DNA from: Balanoglossus misakiensis
Lineage: Eukaryota > Animalia > Hemichordata
Direction of reading: 5' to 3'
Assembly (NCBI GenBank): GCA_040954595.2
Contig: CM082586.2
Coordinates: 11,191,337-11,255,336 of the forward strand
Length of the DNA: 64,000 nucleotides
Shown: positions 14,335 to 27,600 of the stretch, in pieces
Layout: every line of letters starts with the position of its first letter
Numbering within the stretch: position 1 is the first letter of the stretch
The notes under the pieces: model-generated
What the model was told of the DNA's origin: nothing
What the model saw: only the letters and a program-made list of their open reading frames with translations
The model's database searches: none
Position numbers and translations under genes: made by a program

Positions 14335-15065
14335 TCTGGCGTCGTTACAGGTTTAAGTTCATCCCTCCAGTACAGTATAAGGTGGCGGCGTCGTTACAAG
14401 TATTAAGTTCATCTCTCCAGTACAGTATTAGGTGGCGGCGTCGTTACAAGTATTAACTTCATCTCTCCAGTACAGTATTAGGTGGCGGCGTCGTTACAAG
14501 TATTAACTTCATCTCTCCAGTACAGTATTAGGTGGCGGCGTCGTTACAAGTTTAAGTTCATCCCTCCAGTACAGTATTAGGTGGCGGCGTCGTTACAAGT
14601 ATTAACTTCATCTCTCCAGTACAGTATTAGGTGGCGGCGTCGTTACAAGTATTAACTTCATCTCTCCAGTACAGTATTAAGTGGCGGCGTCGTTACAAGT
14701 ATTAACTTCATCTCTCCAGTACAGTATTAGGTGGCGGCGTCGTTACAAGTATTAACTTCATCTCTCCAGTACAGTATTAGGTGGCGGCGTCGTTACAAGT
14801 ATTAACTTCATCTCTCCAGTACAGTATTAGGTGGCGGCGTCGTTACAAGTATTAACTTCATCTCTCCAGTACAGTATTAGGTGGCGGCGTCGTTACAAGT
14901 ATTAACTTCATCTTTCCAGTACAGTATTAGGTGGCGGCGTCGTTACAAGTATTAACTTCATCTCTCCAGTACAGTATTAGGTGGCGGCGTCGTTACAAGT
15001 TTAAGTTCATACCTCCAGTACAGTATTAGGTGGCGACGTCGTTACAAATATTACACTCCCTCCAG
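14335..15065. repeat. 50-bp minisatellite, about 14 copies
   Basis: Unit gtggcggcgtcgttacaagtattaacttcatctctccagtacagtattag. Degenerate copies extend left to about 14160. Confidence 0.95.
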
Positions 15066-15830
15066 CAGCAGTGTTACCAAAGAACCTAATGTAAAAAAAG
15101 AATGAAATTATTTTAATAATCTGATTAGGTCAAGTCATCATATTGATAAAGAAAACGACAAGAAGAAATCATTTAAAAATTAACGCTGCCAGCACCATTG
15201 GTTGGGCCCAAACGGTTCCCATGGTTACCAGGGTATGCCAAGGCTGTATTCTGCTGTGAATACCAAGATATATGAAAGCTGGTCAAAGGTTACCCCAGGG
15301 TCATTGAAAATCGCAAAAAATAGCGTCAAGGACACTGTGGTCTCATTTAGTGATTACACTAGAAAAAGTCTACACAGGAGTACAGACAGACAGACACACA
15401 CATAGAGAGGCAATAAAATATGATGCCCCCCCCCAGCCCCGAAAACATCTTGATCTTATGTATGCTGGCCTGGTACAATAGACAAACCAGCCAATTAATG
15501 AAAATTTTGTACAAATACAGAGCTCAAAGTTGCATTTTAGTGAGCCCAAAAGCAAATTAACTCAATGTTACGACAAATTTTACTTTTGCCACTCAAAGTT
15601 TGCATCGGTGGGGTGGGATGGCAAGTACTCTTCCCTGATACAATAGACAAACCAGCCAATAAATGAAATGAGGTGAAGAATGAAGGTGAAGAATGAATAA
15701 CTTTATTTGATTCCATTATCTAAACAAACACATCCAATTAACTTCCTACTCAAATTTCAAAGTAATCAGTCATAGGTTTTGTAAATCATCATGAGAAATC
15801 ACCCTGAAACCAAATCAAATCAAAAATCAT

Positions 15831-16125
15831 ATAAGCCTAGTCGGGCTCTGCGCTCCAGCTCAAGGAACCAGTTGTGTGTACCAAAGTACAGACTCAAAAC
15901 ATATGGTGGATGTGCCTTTTCCCTTGTCGCGCCACAACTTTGGAATTATCTGCCATCTGACATTCAACAGGCTTCTAGTCTCAACATTTTCAAACAAAAA
16001 CTCAAGACATTTCTATTTGTCAAAGCCTACGAACACTGATGTTATACTTTCAGCGCCTTTGGAAATAACATTGTTATTGATTCTGGCGCTTTATAAATGT
16101 TTGTTTTGATTTGATTTGATTTGAT
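15831..16125 (+). mobile_element. 5'-truncated CR1/L2-group LINE 3' end
   Basis: ORF2 C-terminus YKPSRALRSS...YGGCAFSLVAPQLWNYLP...FKQKLKTFLF, a short 3'UTR and a (TTTGA)n tail. It splits the host motif aaaaatcat|cccaaaaatatac, which is intact at about 17212. Confidence 0.88.
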
Positions 16126-16559
16126 CCCCCAAAAATATACTATTCAATTCATCAAGTTGATTTGAAAAACATACATGCAAATCTTACTTGAGCTACCCCT
16201 AACATGACTAACAAATTTTAAAGCAATGGAACAAGCGGTTTTAGAGAAAAAAAATTAATTAAACAAGGCTGAAATTGCTCCAAAATTATCAATATGCAAA
16301 TGTTGCAACATTTCAACAAAAGTATTGTAACTCATATCACCTACATGAAGCTTCATACTAAATTTTTTTACCACAAATGAGGAAAAAGGCAAAAAATGCA
16401 TAAAATAGAACATTCAAACTATTAGTTAAAAAAATACAGGATTGTATGTGGTTGACATAAGGTACTTGCATACCAATTGTCAAATCAATCTGTAAATTAT
16501 CATGAGAACAAACCCTGAAACCTTCAAATCAAATTTCAAAGCAGTGGGGGTAAAGGGGG

Positions 16560-17176
16560 CACAGTACGATATTTTACCCACAACTCTCCATGATTTGTAT
16601 CATCGAGATTGTCCATTTAATTACTTTCTGTTTTAGATACTAACAATGATATGAAGTACATATAACTGTATTAAGATTTATCTAGAAAAAGTATGTTGAG
16701 GAATTAGAGTGAAAATTTCAAAATCAAGATTTAAAAGCCATAGAAATCAAAGTATTCATTCATGTACGTCAAATGTCACACTTAGGAGGAAAGAAGCAAT
16801 GACTAACTGAGGTGGCCAGTCTCTGTTGAAAGTCAACATGTAAATTTCCATTGTTCTGTCTATAGAAAAAAATCAATATTGTTTTGTTTGATTAAACAAG
16901 TGTTTCAAGTGTCCCTGTTTTACTTCAAACTTTTTTGTATCGGCTGGCTATGCAATTGCTTATTTTATAAAATTTGTATCTCCTCTTTCAATAATGCATG
17001 ATTTTGTTTATCATTTGAAATGGTAATTGACAATAAGATTCGCCTTTAAAGCATGCTCTCAAAATTTGTATTAGTGGTCTACAATTTTCTCTACACATGT
17101 GAACTTTGCCTGGTTTGACCGAGTAATCTCTGGTTGTACAAACCAGAGTGATTCATGGGATATTTCACGTACTGTG
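16560..17176. mobile_element. Non-autonomous CAC-terminus DNA transposon (Transib/Chapaev-like MITE)
   Basis: Termini CACAGTACG...CGTACTGTG with a degenerate TIR of about 55 bp. GGGGG flanks both sides (16555-16559 and 17177-17181), and the element interrupts the host repeat. Confidence 0.7.
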
Positions 17177-17956
17177 GGGGGTTCTGAGAAGAGTTTTGAC
17201 CAAAAATGGCAAAAATCATCCCAAAAATATACTATTCAATTCATCAAGTTGATTTGAAAAACATACATGCAAATCTTACTTGGGCTACCCCTAATATGAC
17301 TAACAAATTTCAAAGCAATGTAACAACCGGTTTAAAAAAAAAATTCAAAAACGGCCGAAATTGCTCCAAAATTATGAATATGCAAATTTTGCAACATTTT
17401 AACAAAAGTATGCTAACTCATATCACCTATATGAAGCTTCATACTAAATTTCAAAGAAGTCGTCTCATCAATTTTAGAAAAGTAGATGTTTTACCAAAAA
17501 TGAGGAAAAAGGCAAAAAATGCATAAAAATAGAACATTCAAACTATTCAAAATACAGGACTGTATGTGGTTGACATAAGGTACTTGCATACCAATTGTCA
17601 AATCAATCTGACCAGTGGTTTTGACCAATTTCAAATTTTCCCAGCTAATTTGCATTTATTTAACAATTTCAACTGAATATGGCTGCCAGGTCAAATGACT
17701 GATTTGAATTTCAAGGTGCACACTCATTGGCAAGGACAACTGTGACAAATTCAAGAAGCATAGGTGTGGCAGGTTTTCAGAGCAAGGTGTAAAAAATATC
17801 CAGGGAATGGGGCCCAAGCTCCTAAAAACCCAGCACAATACCAATAGGGACTCATATTACTAACAAAGTGTAAGCCTGTAATAAGTCAAAAGCTGCACAT
17901 CTTTTTACCACCTCGTGCCAGTACTAAGCAATAAGACTTTTTATAGAGTTGTTTAA

Positions 17957-18689
17957 GGTGGCACTGCATGAAACCGTCGAGACTTTTTCAGAGGCCTATT
18001 TCTCATCAAAGACAAAGTTTAAACCCCCATAAACCATATATATTCTGGAAGCTGAGATTTTGAACTTTTGTTTGAGTTGCAAATATTATTGATCCCCTGA
18101 AATGGTGGCGATTTTGGGCGAAAAAACCCATTTTTTGATATTATGTCATGAAATTTAAAATAGGTAAAAAAGTTGACCATGCATCATGCATCTTAATATG
18201 TCATTCGAAACTAAAGTACACGTGCAAAAAAACGCTAATTTTGTTTTGCGTTATCTGCTTCCATTGAGGAGTAACAGCGTTTGAAAGTTAGATTTTCTGA
18301 AAATTTGATCAAATTCACGGTGAGTTGTATTGAATCAGAGTTTATTCCCGCCAGGGACACTTTATCGACATACAAAACTAGCGTTTTGTTGGATGGGTCA
18401 TACACAATTCCCTGTCAAAATTTGAGCAAATTCGGCCAATGCAGGGCGAAGCTATTTTAGTCCGAAGTTGTCAAAAGCAGCGAAAATGCAAACCGAGAAA
18501 AACGGCCATTTGCATTGTTGACACCTATTTGTTAAGCTGTGAACTCATTCAGAAAAGTGCTATTTGGGGGTGATTGTGCACCATTTCCGCCAAGACGTAT
18601 TAGTCAGGATGTGGGTGAGTATTAGGCCTACCGATTTATGTAAAAAAGTAAAATTTGGCAAAAATCACAACTTTTCATGCAATGCCACC
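17957..18689. mobile_element. Kolobok-like MITE
   Basis: TTAA|GGTGGCACTGCATGAAA ... TTTCATGCAATGCCACC|TTAA: RR..YY termini and a TTAA TSD. Confidence 0.85.
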
Positions 18690-20386
18690 TTAATTGTCTC
18701 TGCTGATGCCAGAGATTGAAAAAGAATCCTACAAGTTAGGATTTTCAAAAACAATGATAGCTACTTCTATTACTGTTTGTAAACAAAAATGTGATGTTCA
18801 CCGCCTTGTTTTCAGAAAAGTATTTACATAAATGTTTTTCCATAGAGTTAACACAGACATTGGCAGCCATCTTGAATTTCAAAAACTGCAACAATATCTC
18901 CAATGCAACAAATCTGCAAATTGTACTATTTGACACCTGACTTAGGTCAAGGGGTTTCAGAGATGATGACTACTCTTCAGACTCAGACAAAATAATAATG
19001 CAATATTCAGCGGAATTTCAAAAGCATTGACTAAGATCACCAAGGGACAATTCATACCAAAGATCAAAACAATTAGACGTACCTATTTTAAAGATCATTA
19101 TGAAAACTTTACAGATTCGGTTATAATGTAAATAAAAGTAGATCACCCCTGTGGACATGGCAATCAGACATGCATATTCTGACAAGATTTTTTGTTTGTA
19201 CAAAAAGGCAACTGTCTCCAAAATACAAAATTACAGATTATGTCACATACCTCAGGGAGATCAATACTAAATTTCAGAGAAAATTTCCCCCCAAATATGC
19301 AAATTTCACCATATTTTGAAGAAACAACTTGTGTCATACCTAGAAACCTGCATAGTCAAAGTAATCTACGAGCTTAGCTTTTTTCTTCCAAAAACAGCAA
19401 AAAACTTGTTCCAAACTACAAATATGCAGAATTCAACACAATTTGAACACACATTACTTCGCCACCCCAAGAAACCTGCACACCAATTTTAAAAGCACTT
19501 GCGCCAGTGATTTCAGAAAAGAAAAATGTTGACAGACATAGGATGACTGAACATCTATCTACCTGTCAGATAACTTTTGCAGTGCTGAGAGCAGAGCTAG
19601 AGATTGGTGTTGTCTTTTTACATTTTAAATCATCACACTTTGCTACTCAAAGCTACTATTCTGCTATGCTTGAGAAATGACTTGGGACCATTTTTGGCAA
19701 ACAATAGTCACTAATCTTCCTCAGTTTATAGTACAATGTACCTACACTGTTTTAGTAATGTACTGAAAATGTTCAGACTATTTCTTGTGTCTGCATATGT
19801 CTTTAGTACAGAAGAATAATCTATCCGGTTGTCATTTCTCTGTTTATTCAGAAATAAACTAGTCTGGGTTGCAACAGTAAAAATTTTAAAATATTCATAC
19901 CCTTTCTGAAGGATGTTCAAAACCAATACCTATGTGAAGCATTATATCAAATTTGCTGGGTAACTGTGGATTTATAACTTTTGCTAATTACAGTGCTAAC
20001 TCACACTGGATGATTCGACGGTAATTTTAGATTCATATGAAGATTTTTTACCAATAATGTTGAAAAATACAAACAAATGCATCAAAAATAGAAAATCAAA
20101 ATTAGCTCAAAACATACAGGACTGTATGAGGTAGGCATAAGGTACTTGCATACCAATTTCCAAATCAATCTGACCAGCAGTTGTTGAATTTTGCGAGTTT
20201 TGACCAATTTCACATTTTCCAGCTAATTTGCATATATTTGGTAATGACATTTTCATGTTAACAAACTCCAATCTACAGCCCAGCCTGCATCTGCACACCA
20301 AATATCGAGGTGATATGCACAACGGTTTTCAAGTTTTAGATGTGGACGGACATACAGACATACATCCATACAAACAGACAGACATA

Positions 20387-20584
20387 CTGTAAAACACTTT
20401 ATTTTCGCGAGCAATTAATTTTCGCCAAATACGCGAGAGCCAAAATAACGTGAAAATAAAAAGTCGCGTAAATTGTTTTTGAAGATAACGATGCAGTGAA
20501 TGAAATAAGAGAACGCGAAAATTAATACTCGCGAAACAGTGGCCTCTCTCGATATCGCGAAAAATTTAACTCGCGAAAATACAG
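20387..20584. mobile_element. Tc1/mariner-type MITE
   Basis: TA|CTGTA...TACAG|TA with internal tcgcga repeats, inserted in a cata microsatellite. Confidence 0.7.
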
Positions 20585-22914
20585 TACATCCATACATAAA
20601 TACAGACGCAGCTGATTCCATAAGGCCCATGGTACATACCATATGGGACCTAAAAACTGCAGAAGCTACACAAAACATTAATACTGAAAACATGGCAAAC
20701 AGTTGTTGCTAACGGGGTTTTAAATCTCCCTTATAGATATTTTTGAACTCCCAATTTATGATTATTGACTGTTTGATTGATTAGTTGTTGCACAAATGAT
20801 AGTATTATCAAAGTAAATAATATCTGTGAGAAATTTCTTTTCATATTTATTTGAATATGGATAGGGTAAGATGGGGGTTAAACAAAACTACATTTGTTCA
20901 AAAGTGGCAAAAACACAAATATGCAAAAATCACTATAATTGTACACCATCTTACTTAAATCACTACAAGGAACATTCCTGTCAAAGTTCAAAGCAATCTG
21001 ACAAGCGCTTTCAGACACAGCGAATTTGATAACCATCTACAAATATATTTTTATTTTTTAAACAATTCTTTTACAACACCTTACTTGGGTTACCCCCCTA
21101 GGAATCTGCATTCTGAGCAAAAATTACAAAATTGCTCAAAATTATAAATATACCAATTTCACAACAATTTGCAATTTGAACAAAAACTATGGCTTTCAGA
21201 AAGGAAGATTTTTCTTTACCAATAATGCAGTAAAAGACAAAACAATAAAAATAGAAAATTCATAATATTAGCTCAAAACAAAACATACAGGACTGTATGG
21301 CATTTATTGACATTTATAAGAATATGGACAGGGTATGATAGGGGGGGGGGAATTATAAATTCCAAGGGGGTCATCAATTTTTTGTCATAGCTTTTTGGGG
21401 CCATAGAAAAAATAACCTAAAAAGTAGGAAATCCTACGTCCCCCTAAGCTTTCATTCTGGCCAACAACTTTTTATGAAGGCTTCTGCAGTTGTTAAAAAC
21501 AGATTGCCTGCTATGTTAGACTATCAATCTATAGAGGGGATGAAAAATGTCCTTTTGTCAAGTGTCTGGATTTTGATAACTTCAACAGGTAAAAATATAT
21601 TTGTAGATGTTTATCAAATTCGCTATGTCTGAAACAGTATGCTTGCAAATGTATTAATATAGTCAGATAATATGAATAGTGAAGATAGCAAAACAAACAG
21701 GTTTATGCTTATAGCCATAACTTCTATTAGTGATGTACATGTTGTACTTAGCAAATAATTGTTATGATCAACTTGGTTTTTATTGCACAAGATCTTTTTA
21801 TTGCATCCATGTTTCGTTTCATTCTGGATAATAGTCTGTCTAAATAAGTTAACAGGCTTGATGAGGGTTATTTTAAACAGCGTTCTCAAAAAACCTGCAA
21901 TGTCATGCCCTATATTTATAAAGTTGAGGAGAGGTTGTATTCCTAGCAGGATGTTGAAATCATTGGAGGACAAACCCTGCCAGTACCAAAAGTTGCTGGG
22001 TGTTATAAATGTTTGAGTAACCCCCCCCCCCCCCCTTCCCCAATAACACAATATATACTTAAACATTTTTACAACATCTTACTCAGTTTACCCTTAGGAA
22101 TATGCCTACCAAATCAATCTGGCATGCAGTTTTAAAGAAAAAAAAATGACCAAAAGTGGCAAAAATTGCTCAAAATTAAAATATGCAAATTTTTCAACAA
22201 TTTGAACAAAACTTTGGTTACTCAGACAACCATTAGAAGCTTCATACTAAAATTCAAAGAATGAGGCCTATAACTTTAAGAAATGATGATTTCTTTACCA
22301 ATAATGTGGAATAATACAAAAAATGCATAAAAGATTTTTGGCATAAAAAATTAAAAATCGATAATATTAGCTCAAAACATACAGGACTGTTTGAGGTAGA
22401 CATAAGGTACATGCATACTGATTTTCAAATGAATGTGACCAGTGGTTGTTGAGTTTGAGTTTTGACCAATTTCACATTTTCCTAGCTAATTTGCATATTT
22501 TTGGCAATGACAGCTTCATTTGAACAAACTCCAATCTTCAGCCTGGCCTGCATCTACACACCAAATATCGAGGTCATATGCCCAGCGGTTTTCAAGTTTG
22601 TGATGTGGACGGACATACAGACATACATACATACATCCACCGATATCATAAGGTCCCATGGTAAAGCAAATGGGACCTTACAAAACTATGATAACTCAGA
22701 TCACCTATGAAGCTTCATACTAAATTTCAAATAAGTCAGCTGATCAATTCCAGAAAAGCAGATTTTCTACCGATAATGTGGAAAGAGACAAAAAATACAT
22801 AAAAAATCGAAAATTCACATTAGCTCACAACATATAGAACTGTGTGAGGTTAACATAACTTACAGGAATACCAATTTTCAATTTTGAAAGCAATTTGCTC
22901 AGTAGTTGAAAAAC

Positions 22915-24657
22915 ATTTAATGAGTTTAATATGCTAACTACGGAGACAGACATGTTTGACCAAAGCATGAAATACACAAAATGTATCATTTCTTCCACCT
23001 CTTACTACAGTGGGTTGTAGACTTTTCGCCCAGAATGCAATGTGATTTGACCCCCTAGCGCAAAGTGAAAACCTATTTAAGGCAGCCAGAATTTTCTGCA
23101 TAGTATGACGGAAACATTTGTAAAGTCATGGCTAGCGTGGGCTGGTAAGTTTATATGGGGCTCTCCATGATAACCAGTTGTGGCTTACCACCACCATAAT
23201 TTTGAAAGGGCGACTTCACTATTTGATGGGAAAAGGTAGCCTTTACAAACAAGCTATGGAGCATGTATACAGCAAGTTGTGCTTACCGGAAAGCGGTCTT
23301 GGATCAGGCCTAGGTATTCTCTTCCTCCTCCGGCATACGTTGAAATGCTGTGTTTAAGACTGTGAATCAAATATATGCTTATCAATTAGTAACCAATCAA
23401 CCTTGCTTTAGAATTATTTGGGCCATACTAATTAGTGAAAATATGCAAAACATGGTATAATATAGGGTCAGACTGTGCTGCGATAATGTACGTGGAATAC
23501 GAATCAGAGAAATCTGTAACAGCGATCTTGAAACTCCATTTACATCAGTACTGCAGTAAAGTGGTCCACATGGGTATACCACAAACATGGCAGTTCGGTG
23601 ACAAGTGAAACTGACATCATATCTGTAAACGACAGGTGTACACACACTTTGACATCTACGTAACACTGTACAATGATTTCTTAATGTTTGTTGTGAAAAT
23701 AAAACTTACATTTGATCCACCTCACTTTTCATACAACTGATTAGCGCAAGAATGTAAATTGTTGGCAATTATAAAACATTTATTTTACTATAGAAAAGTA
23801 AGCCTTTACATTTAAACTTTGAATATCAGTATACTAAAATGTTTCAAACGTGGCTGTCAGTATATCTCATGGCATGGTGGCAGAAGTACATGTTGTTACC
23901 AGGGAAGACACATTGAACATAGACAAGCGCACTAGTCGCTTGGTGATTTTTCATCTAGATTCTCAAAACTTTCTGTGCATTTGGTAGCTTTGAGCAAGTT
24001 TCTGGTACTGAGCTGAGTTTCGAATTTGGAACTGGGCTGCTTTGGCTTTGATTACCATGGGCCAATATGATCTTATGCACACATTTTTGAAAAAAACTCC
24101 AGCCTGTTTGTGTCGTGATCTATATTTTTCTTTGTGGCCTAAGGTATTGTTTTATTTCACTATAAACAACATTACTTTCCTTCATGTGTCTATATATAAT
24201 AATAGATCTCTTAGCCAGTTTGATGAAGCATAGTGTTGGACTAGCACACTTTCAGCCAAAATTACGGTATCTCCCCGTGTATTGGTATGGGAGTAATTTC
24301 TAGCTATATGGTTAAGGAAATGCATCCAAATTTAATTTATGCTTCACATGAAGATTTGAACTTGACCATTTAATTCATGTCATCACGATCATATCACAGG
24401 CAATCGAGGCTAGAATTCGAAGGAAAAAAGTATTGATAACTGGAAGGTGTAAATTAGTTCGTAGACATACATTGTTTCCTATTGTTTCGGTTGTGCCACG
24501 CCCGATAAAAGCAAATATACAGCAAGTCATGCTTACCATTGAGCGGTCTTAAACTCGCCCCAGACGAGGAAGAGAATCCCGAGTTGAAATGCAGACAATT
24601 TCAGGCAGCATCTGTGAATCAAATAGATATAGAAGTTAGTAACCAGTCATAGTAGCT
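22915..24657. repeat. Segmental duplication, copy 1 (paralog at about 29430-31145)
   Basis: Colinear similarity from gtttaatatgctaactac to gttagtaaccagtcatag. Copy 1 has an extra segment at about 23473-24090. Confidence 0.92.
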
Positions 24658-27600
24658 CTAAGTTGGGTGTAAAAGTCTAAGTTGGGTGTACTAACTCTCC
24701 TTGTTAACAGTAACTTTCAAAGAAACTGAGCAATTGGTTAAAAAGATTTGCTATCCAAAAACAAAGAAATTTACAACAAACTACCTAAATATTGACAACC
24801 AGAATTTAATCAAAGTTGCACATACATGTACATGTGTTATGAAATTGTTAACTAACTTCCAAAGCAATCAGGAACCAGATATTAACTGAATATGCTCACG
24901 TGCAGTACTGTGATTGGTTGACAGAAAAACAAGATTAGAAAAACCAGTTTTAAACCATTTTGGTTTATAGTGTATATGGTGTAAGGGTTGTGTGTTGCAC
25001 CATTGTGAAATGTAAACATGTTTGTGGAATTGTTGCCTTGTCAATTTTTGTAAGGGGTTATGAGTCATGTACCCCATCCTGAACAGCATAAAAATAATAA
25101 GTCTATGGAATTCTAAAACTCTTTGATCAAAAATGGCAAGAAATATACCAAAAAGTATGAATATTTCACCAGATTTCAACAAATCTGATTTCTGTTCATG
25201 CCTAAGAACCTCTTTAACAAGTTTCAATAAGGAAGACATTTTGGCAAACAACAGGAAATTCAGACAAATCTGACTGATATCACATATATGAATTCCCATT
25301 CAAAGTTTCCAACCAATTGGACTTGTGGTATTACCGAAGACTATTTGGCCAAACCCTGCAGAAATTCCCAAAAAATACAATTATGCAAATTTCATTACAA
25401 TTTGATCATATCTGACTGAGATCACCCCTAGAAACCCAAATACAAAGTATCAAAACAATTGCACCTAAATTTCACAGGATTGGATTTTTTGGCAAAAACA
25501 GGAAATATTGCCCAAAAATGCATTTTTGCAAATTTCACCACCGTTTGCACAAATGTGATTCAGGTAAGCCCTATGAACCTCCATACCAAGTTTCCAATCA
25601 ATTGGACATGTAATTTCAGAGAAAATTTTTTTTTAACAAAACTGCAGAAAATTCCCCAAAAAATTCATCAAAAATAGGAAACGCCAGATACTGACTCCAC
25701 CTGAACAAAATCATACGAGGTCTTCCCAAAGTACTTGCACACCAATGCACGCCAATTTTTAACTTAATCTGATCCGCTGTTATTAAGTTTTTCAATTTTG
25801 ACTATTTGAACATTTTTCCAGTTAATACCAGTATGCATTTTTTCGCAATAACAATTTCTATGTACACACTAAATATCAGTAGTTTCAAGTTTTTGATGTT
25901 GATGGACATACACATACATACATCAATACATTAAGACGAAACTAATCCATTCACAAAATACATAATTCTGTATGAGGCACACATACAGACATACATAGCC
26001 GACGGACACCAACTTATGCTATAAGCTGACATTTATATACATGTTAGCCAAAAACCAAAATCAACCTCAAAATAGACATTAAAATATATTGCACCACCAT
26101 GAGAAGACAAATTCATTTTTTGACAAATTTTCTGGGGCGTCATTGATATAGCATGGCATATTGTCAAAGTACGTAGGCTCTGTGATAAGATTCCATACAC
26201 ACAAAATGGTAACCTTGGAAGTCCAGCTGACGTAGTTATGCAATGGCGTCTCGTGTATTCTGTCGCCAAAAAATCATCGTAAACTAATTGATAGTCGGGG
26301 CCACAATTCAAGACGACTTTCTCTAAATTCTTTATGAATGGATTAAATCGAAATCGAAATGTTGACGTATGACGTACGGAATGAGATCTGAACAGACATT
26401 CAATGTTATCATTCTCGCTCGATCACATATTGGGTAGGCCATCTAGCAATCGCTATATAGTATTGGCGATAACAGACTGTCTATAAACACACAAAACGGA
26501 TTTTACTGTTGAGTGTGATCAACCGCCATGTTATTTTTCTCTGAACAATAGACAAATAGAAAGCCTGGTGACATTTTGAGATTGACTGCGTGAGGACCAC
26601 AATATGCGTGAATCATTTACGGTTTGTCTTGATGAATGGGTCACGTCATAGTCATAACGCGGATTCGGCTGCACGCCAACTATCCGCCATATTGTCTCCA
26701 CTAACTTACTCGTAAGTAGTTTCAAACTTCATTTGAAAAGAGTATTCGTCTGACGGTCCTGTAGATTAACAATTTACGCTCTATGAAGCAACTAAACAAC
26801 GTTAGCTTCCTTGTGGATTCACGTAGGGAAGTTATTCGTAACGACGGGTACAGCGTCTGAGCATGGACAGAACCACGGCAATATCGCCAGGAATGTCTCA
26901 TTTCACAGCGCCCTCAAACAGTCGATCTCCTCAAACTATCGTTTCCACTGGTCATATATGCAGCATTAACGAAAGCTCTCATAGACAACCATGTAATAGA
27001 AAAATTAAAACTTTAATAACTTCATTAATATCAAAGCCACACCCACCAAAACCTTTTCAGTTCTTGCCATATGATATCTGAACCTGTGTACTAAATTTGG
27101 TTGAAATCGGTTCAGCGGTTCTTGAGATATCGGGTATACAGACAGACACACACATACACAGACATCGCTAAACTATAAGCTCACGTGATTTTCAGGTGAG
27201 CTAAAAATTGGGTTACCCCTAGGAATATTCCTACCATATTTCAAAGCCATCAAAAAAGCAGTTTCAAAGAAAAACACATTTGTTCAAAAGTGGCAAAAAC
27301 ACAAATATGCAAACATCTCTATAATTGTACACCATCTTACTTCAATCACTACAAGGAACATTCCTGCCAAAATTCAAAGCAATCTGACAAGGGTTTGAAC
27401 GGTTTAACAGAAAACAGTTTTTGACAAAGATTGCAAAAAATATCCCCAATAACACAAGCACGCAGTTTTAACCATTTTTATGACATCTTCCTTGGGTTAC
27501 CCCTGGGAATCTGCCTACCAAATTGCAAAGCATTCTGACCATAATTGGCAAAATTGCTCAAAATTATAAATATGCCTATTTTACAACAATCTGAACAAAA

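Noticed and set aside
21623-22066. 147-aa minus-strand ORF
   Set aside because: No recognisable domain or clear splice signals, and the start lies in repeat sequence.
24330-24420. Possible intronic C/D snoRNA (GTGATGA on the minus strand)
   Set aside because: No properly placed CTGA D box or terminal stem.
26520-26700. Promoter-like motifs (CGCCAT, GTCACGTCA); similar ETS/GC boxes at about 58245 and 59790
   Set aside because: Short motifs with no linked gene, not distinguishable from chance.
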